From: Zygnema circumcarinatum SAG 698-1b
Taxonomy: Eukaryota > Plantae > Zygnematophyceae
Direction of reading: 5' to 3'
Assembly (NCBI GenBank): GCA_037447605.1
Contig: CM074821.1
Location: 186,001-250,000 of the forward strand
DNA: 64,000 nucleotides
Part shown: positions 57,982-64,000 of the stretch, in pieces
Numbering within the stretch: position 1 is the first letter of the stretch
Layout of the letters: each line of letters opens with the position of its first letter
Program-made: the position numbers and the translations under genes
Notes under the pieces: model-generated
Databases searched by the model: none
Seen by the model: the letters and a program-made list of their open reading frames with translations, nothing else
Told to the model about the DNA's origin: nothing

Positions 57982-59918
57982 TCAATCAATCGATCGATCA
58001 ATCGATGTCTTCTAACCAGCGCAAAAGAGAGTGTACTTTTCCTCCCCTCCATTCCAATCACAGCATTCCTTTGTACAATTCGAGGCCCAATTTCGGCATT
58101 TTCGCAAACTGCGGCGAGTGCGCATGGAACCTGCAGTTCAGTTCGCATGCTGTGAACTGCGTGCAACAGCAACAGCACATGGAACATGGTCAGAGGGGAC
58201 GGAAGATCGCGTTCTATGTGCGGCGCGTTGAACGGAACTGCGTCACATGGAGCGAGAGCGAGCGAGCACAGGACCCATTCTTTGTTGGGCAATGCAGGTG
58301 TGGAATCCTGGAAATGGAAATGTAGAATTATGGGAGTGGGGGGGGGGGGCAGGCTTATAATAAAAATGAGGTGAGGGCTAAGCTTGAACTTTAGACTGTT
58401 TCATATCCTGTTTGCCAAACTTAGGCAAATAAATAAATAGTCAGTGAATGAATGAACGAATGAAAGGATATGGGTCTGAAAGCAGGTTTAAAAAAATCTA
58501 TGTTTTTTGTCAAAATGAAAAAAGCGGTTTGGTAGGGACTAGAACACAGATGCAGGATAAAGCCTTTTTTTTCTTTTTCCCTTCTTTTGTCACCCTGTCA
58601 AGATATGTAACATATATGCATCGGCTTTTTCAGTCGGTGCTGAAAATGTGAGCACGTTTTTCGAACATGATAAAATATCTAGCTTGTTCTTGTTCGACTT
58701 TAGAGTTTCTTTTCTTTACTTTTCTATAATTTTGACACTTGCTTCTTTGTTTGAAATGGTCTCATTGTTTGGTTTACGTGCGCATTATTCTTGAAGTTAG
58801 GGTTCAAAAAGGATTCAAGATGCGAATAAAATCTGGAGCATAGAAACCCTCGTTTTGAAAATTAGAATTTGAATTCTGAAAGGGCGGGAAAGCTCCGGGC
58901 ACCAAACGTGAAAGTATTTGACTGCCCGTCAATAGAAAAAAAAGGCACGGCGATTGGATGGATGTGCTCGGGCAGCAAAAAATGAGGTCAGGCCGTGAAC
59001 AACGGTCAACGGGACAAAGTTTTTAGGGTTGCCCAGAAACGGAGGCCGTACATCTAAAAAACGCTAAACGGCTCTGAGCGGACAACGATCCGGCCGTTGG
59101 CGCCTCGGCGGACTTTTCCCCCCCTGTTACTTAAAATTGGTTCGAATTCTTCCAATGGCGGTCGGTCACGTGTACAAACTTGCACATGCGGCGAGTCGCG
59201 ATTGGACGACGCTCGAGGTACCAGTTTGCAGAAGGCCCCGAGTGGGACTGGGCAGGAAGGGGATGATGAGAGAGAGTGAGAGAGCGACAGAGAGGCGAGA
59301 GGAAAGAGAGGGGAGAGGAGAAAGAGCAAGAGAGAGAGCAGAGCGGCGAGAGAGGAGAGAGAAAGAGAGAGGAGCACCCCACAGTGGTCACTATTGTTCT
59401 GGCATGAATGGGGCGAATGAATGGTATTGAAGTGTATTCATATGCGAATCAAAAAGACGAAGAAGAAGAATACGGGCGCTTCAAGGTATAATTGGACCCT
59501 TACCCATAACTGTGGAACGTTCGTACAGGCAACATTTGCTACGTGTCTACCAAGTGCTGTCGTAGATTGGGACTCCGCCTGTAGGTTTGCAACCGTGACT
59601 GAATTGCGAATTGCGAATTATGCAATGCCTTTCCTTAGCTTTATAGAGGGAGGGAGGGAAAAAAAAGGCAACGCTTTTATAGAGGGAGGAAGGGAAAAAA
59701 AACGGCAACGCTCACTTCTTGAGAGAAACCTTGCAGTCAAATTACACACCTCAATGTTGAGTTGGATCCGATCTGCGTACCTCATTCTTCAAGTAGTTCT
59801 AAGCTGTAAATCTACATCCAAGAGTTCAGATTAAAGTCTGCCTCTTCAAAATGAAACTGAAAGAATGCACCGGGTGAACCAAAAAGGCACACTTCCAATG
59901 TGGCGGCAGGAGAAAATG

Positions 59919-60088
59919 TCACCCATTTTTGGCCCTGCAGAGCAGCCAGAAGCCAAATCTTTGCTACAGTCACCAATCTCTCCAAAATCATTGAAGTATG
60001 TGTCCCACTGGACAAACAGTACGGACAAACGTTCGAGTATCGAGTCCATGTGACAAGTGTTGGTGCATCTCAATCAACCGAAACTAGC

Positions 60089-60124
<36 letters not shown>

Positions 60125-63013
60125 GAAGGAGAGAGAGAGAGAGGGAGGAGAGCGAGCGAGCGAGAAAGATTGTCAGCTATGTGTCGCAAAAGGAGCACCT
60201 CGAGCATCAGAATGGCTGTAAAAATTGGTGTACCGTGTTATGTAGGAGTGATCCGAGGTCTCAACGATGATAAGGTCTCCTTTCTCAACAAAACCTGGTA
60301 CCTGCCCTCAATAACATCAAACTATACAATTCAAGCTAAAACTTGGGACCTGAAGTAATCAAACTCGCTATACTGGCTACCACTTCATGCCATTCATGAG
60401 ACAAGCGGCAGAGAAGCAACACGATTACTCGGAAGTGAACTTTCCTTTAACTGCAGGGCTGCATCTGAAGTGGGACGCCATGTTGACGTACCTGTACTAG
60501 CTGTCCATTGTCAAGGGTCACCTTCTTATACCTGCATGACCATCACTTACATTATTACAATACTGCCTGATGAAAACAAAGGTAAAGAAGGAAACAAACG
60601 GCGGGAGACCTCATGTGGACAGACCGGCTGGATCTATCATCGGAAGCATCCTAAATCACATAACCTGGCACTAGTAACAAGGTATTGCTGCCTGTGAATC
60701 ATGTAGCTTCACTTACGTTGAGGTGACTGACTGTCCCTTAAAATACGGCTCTGCATCCGCAACTGTGCAAGTGACTCGAGCAGGAACCGCTGCAGAAAGC
60801 GGTTCATCATTGAATAATTGTACTGTCACCGGCATACCATCTGCGGCGAAAAGGAAAAGTGCAGCCATTATGAGCTACTGTTGCTTTCTAAGCAGACATT
60901 GCATAGAGATTTAGCAAGTTAAATGTACAGTTGTGCTTGGGTGTCGTTTGTGTCTCACCAGCAAGGTACACCTTCGACTCCCCAAACAAACTTGCTGGTA
61001 CGTTCACTTGTTCAAATGTTGAAGGCCTGCAACAATCCATCATAGGTTAATTCCACATCGGCATTACCAAGGATTCATTGACTGTTATCTGAGGACGGCA
61101 AGGGAACAAAATAGTGAAAATGACTGATAAGGTCGTCCTGTAGGTAAACATCCCCTTGTTGACAGCACTTTCCTTTGAAGGATAATGATGCACTTACAAT
61201 AGAGCAAACACCTACTCAAGCTGCAGAAGGGGCTATTAGTGGACACAAAAAATAAAGGTTGCCATAAGAACTAGTCTGACGTGAGGTAGAAACATAACTT
61301 GCAAACTTGCAAAATAATCTTCTTGTGCGGTGATCAAAACCTAAGGGGCGCAATCAGAATGAACTTACTCCATCAACACAACATTGTCGCCATCACTATA
61401 CAAGAATGTGAAGCGCTTTTCATCGACAAACACACCTGCCACGCTTCCCATTCACTTTCACCCGATAAATCAGCAATTCTCATAACCAATGACGTCCTGT
61501 AAAGCAAGATAATGACAATACGCTCTTATCTATGGTTCTGTTAAGCTTGGACTTTCATTGGTAACATTGTAACCATCAAACATCGTTCATCCTTACGTTC
61601 AATACTTTCTGAAGTTCGAAGCCTTTCACTGGACTTCAAGCCGCTATGCACATCCCTGAGTTCCACCTGTCACCTTAAACTGGCTTCAGATCAGTAAAGA
61701 AAAAAAAGTGACTCGCGTTCTTATGCTTGCATGCTCAGTTCAGCAAACGAAAAAAGGCAAACAAACAAGCTTGACCCTGATCCATCGGCAAACAATCGAT
61801 CAATCGGCAACATTACGCTTATGCACTCCATAAAAGGCTGACTATTCTGTCAATAAGGGAGCATCTAAGGCCAAGTTATCTCCAAGCTGCTACTTGTCCT
61901 GCCACAAATTCATTGAACCTCCTTTGCCAAGTTCGTGCTGCCATCTCTATGGTGGAAAAAAGGCAGGATCCACTACAGAAAGAATCAGCGTTGCATGACA
62001 GTGTGATGAGATGTGCCTGGATTGTAGCTCCACCTCGCCCCTGCTGTGTGTGCTGCGTCTTGATGACCTGACACAAGGAGGAGCCTTTGGTGAAGCCTTA
62101 TGTGCCAGATACAACTAGACAAAGGTTCGAGATTTTTCTTATTCTACTTAAAATGGCGTTAGGCGATTCCCTACGGTTGCTACTATACACCTTGCGCAAT
62201 ACTTGACCTACATCAAATATGCCCTTCAATATGAGAAAAGAAGAGAGTCATGAGGCCTAGTTCTAAAAGCAATTCATTCTTTCCTCAATGTCAGTTCAAA
62301 TGCAACGACGGGTATTCCCTTTTTCTTAAAAAAGAAAAAGTATTGGCTGAATTGCAAAATCTCACATATCTGATCCATTTGGACTGACGTTCTAGGCTCC
62401 AGTCACTGCCACCTTAAAGGATTGTTTACCTGATGCATCTTCCCTGTATTCACAAAGGACCACATTTAATCATAATATGCATCAGTGGATATGCAAAACA
62501 TGTAAGCGGCTCCACACAAAACGATATAAAACAAGCATGATCTGATGATGACAGGACTAAGCTGACGGTTTGTCACCACAGAACGGCAACATAACATGTA
62601 CTAAGTCCACAAGTTCCTCACCTCTCCGCTCAATTATATTCCCAACCTTGACCTGCAAGAACAGGTTCGAGCAAATGTGTAAGCCTGGCATCAAGGACTG
62701 CTCAAGTCAAAAGAACACGATCAACAATAATGCTTTAGAGACCGAATAACCAACTGCACAATGCAACTGGTCAAGTTCAAATTTCTTCAAATACTTGAAA
62801 AGGCATTCGCTGAAGCTCACAATCTACCTCTGATCCGTTCACTCGCACGTGTCGGACAATTTGCAGGAGGCTCAGGTTCAGAAATGCATTTGGAGACTCC
62901 AAGCGCATTACAGACTGCTGATTCTCTCTCGCCAGCGTCCCTTTCAGAGACGAACACATGCAGGCGGCGCCTTGCAAAAGCTGGCGTACTGACGTAATCT
63001 TGAAGCGGCCCAT
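59919..63013 (-). CDS. EFP: Mitochondrial-type elongation factor P; exons 63013-62828, 62652-62622, 62443-62430, 62067-62017, 61666-61597, 61435-61369, 61026-60959, 60840-60717, 60531-60492, 60301-60234, 59934-59919
   Basis: Spliced translation ...VRVNGSEVKVGNIIERRGKMHQVIKTQHTQQGRGGATIQVELRDVHSG...FLYSDGDNVVLMEPSTFEQV...YKKVTLDNGQLVQVPGFVEKGDLIIVETSDHSYITR; Arg-rich presequence. The start and last exon are less certain. Confidence 0.9.
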
Positions 63014-63436
63014 TCTGCGGCTTTCCCTTGAGCTTCCAAGCAAAAAGTAATGCCAAATACAGCAGGATTTTTGCGCTTATTCGGCAGGCTTCACAATTTC
63101 TGAAAAGCTTATGAACGTTTCAGGAGTTGGAACAGATAAGGCCCTGCACAGTATCTGCCAAGGCAGGCAGGAAGAGGAGGGAGACTACTCCAGGACAAGC
63201 AACAAGCCAAAAGAAGTACCTCTCTCTGGACCAAGGAGAATCCCAACTCGTGAGGGACTCCCCTTGAGAGCACAAGGGGGCTTCATGGCCTTTCTGGCCC
63301 GCTTTGCTTTTCTACCATTTCTAAAAACAAAAAAGAATTCCGAAATTCGTCCAGAATTTAGTCGGAATTCGTCAAAAACTCGTCGAAATTCGTACAACGT
63401 GTCGTGAATGGTTCGCACGGATTCTTTTGTGCTCAA

Positions 63437-63535
63437 AGTCCTTTGCTACCAGTTCCTCGTGGTTTCCCCATGCTGATTTTGTCCATGCACATTTGATGGC
63501 CTCGCCATCGTGAGATCAATGCCACTTCCCCTCTC
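63437..63535 (+). repeat. Dispersed repeat family 2 copy
   Basis: CCAGTTCCTCGTGGTTTCCCCATGCTGATTTTGTCCATGCACATTTGATGGCCTCGCCATCGTGAGATCAATGCCACTTCC. Confidence 0.78.
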
Positions 63536-63855
63536 TCACGGAATCAATTCGGATTCGGAACCTGTCGGCTTCTCACCGACTCCTCCGGGAAGAATTTTAC
63601 CGTACGCACCATCAAAGGAAGGCCTGATTTGCCACTGCTCAATCGAATCATGGCCACATTTCAAGAGCAGAAGCGAACCATCAAAAAATCTTCTTGTTTC
63701 TCCTCCCAGAAGGATGCTAATGGTTCAATTACCATACACTTCAAACTTTTGTTGTAATAGTCTCATAGCCACTCGCAACAACAACATGGAGAACGAACTA
63801 CGAATAGCCAACCGCTCCCAAATGACCTAGAGGGCCGGCATGCCTCCCCATTAAA

Positions 63856-63997
63856 GATGGACATTCGAACGCAGTGCCGTGCATTAAAATTCCAATACAT
63901 GTACAGTAAGAAATTCTAGAAGTCAGGCCGTTTATAAAACACTTTTAGAACGGTTGTACGTACGATCGCACGGCGGCCTCTCTGACGGGCCAGCGCT
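63856..63997 (+). repeat. Dispersed repeat family 3, copy 2
   Basis: Aligns with 28181-28316. Confidence 0.65.
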
Positions 63998-64000
63998 AGG

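Overview
Gene-dense, intron-rich eukaryotic nuclear DNA from a green plant lineage. A non-seed streptophyte such as a zygnematophyte alga is inferred from land-plant-like orthologues, many short introns and pervasive GA/CT microsatellites; the taxon cannot be confirmed. Twelve spliced protein-coding genes were assembled by hand: ER HSP70-17/HYOU1 (partial), mitochondrial CcmE, ALS3/STAR2, STAR1/ABCI17, RAD23, plastid phosphoglucomutase, a BAC2-like mitochondrial carrier, ERH, JMJD7, a Rubisco-LSMT-type SET protein, a CHASE-domain hybrid histidine kinase and mitochondrial EF-P. The most striking observation is that the two subunits of the bacterial-type STAR1/ALS3 ABC transporter, which are unlinked genes in Arabidopsis and rice, lie here on the same strand with overlapping reading frames and no intergenic space. 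This is an operon-like, one-locus-two-subunits arrangement. Other notable items are a CHASE receptor that lacks the cytokinin-binding Asp and has a DRE/ABRE-rich upstream region, an intronic (TTCAGGG)n telomere-variant array, a fold-back MITE with an 8-bp TSD, two further dispersed repeat families, micro-exons, weak GC-AG introns and self-complementary GA...CT introns. No rRNA, tRNA or CRISPR array was recognised. All family assignments come from motif recognition and remembered sequences, not database searches.
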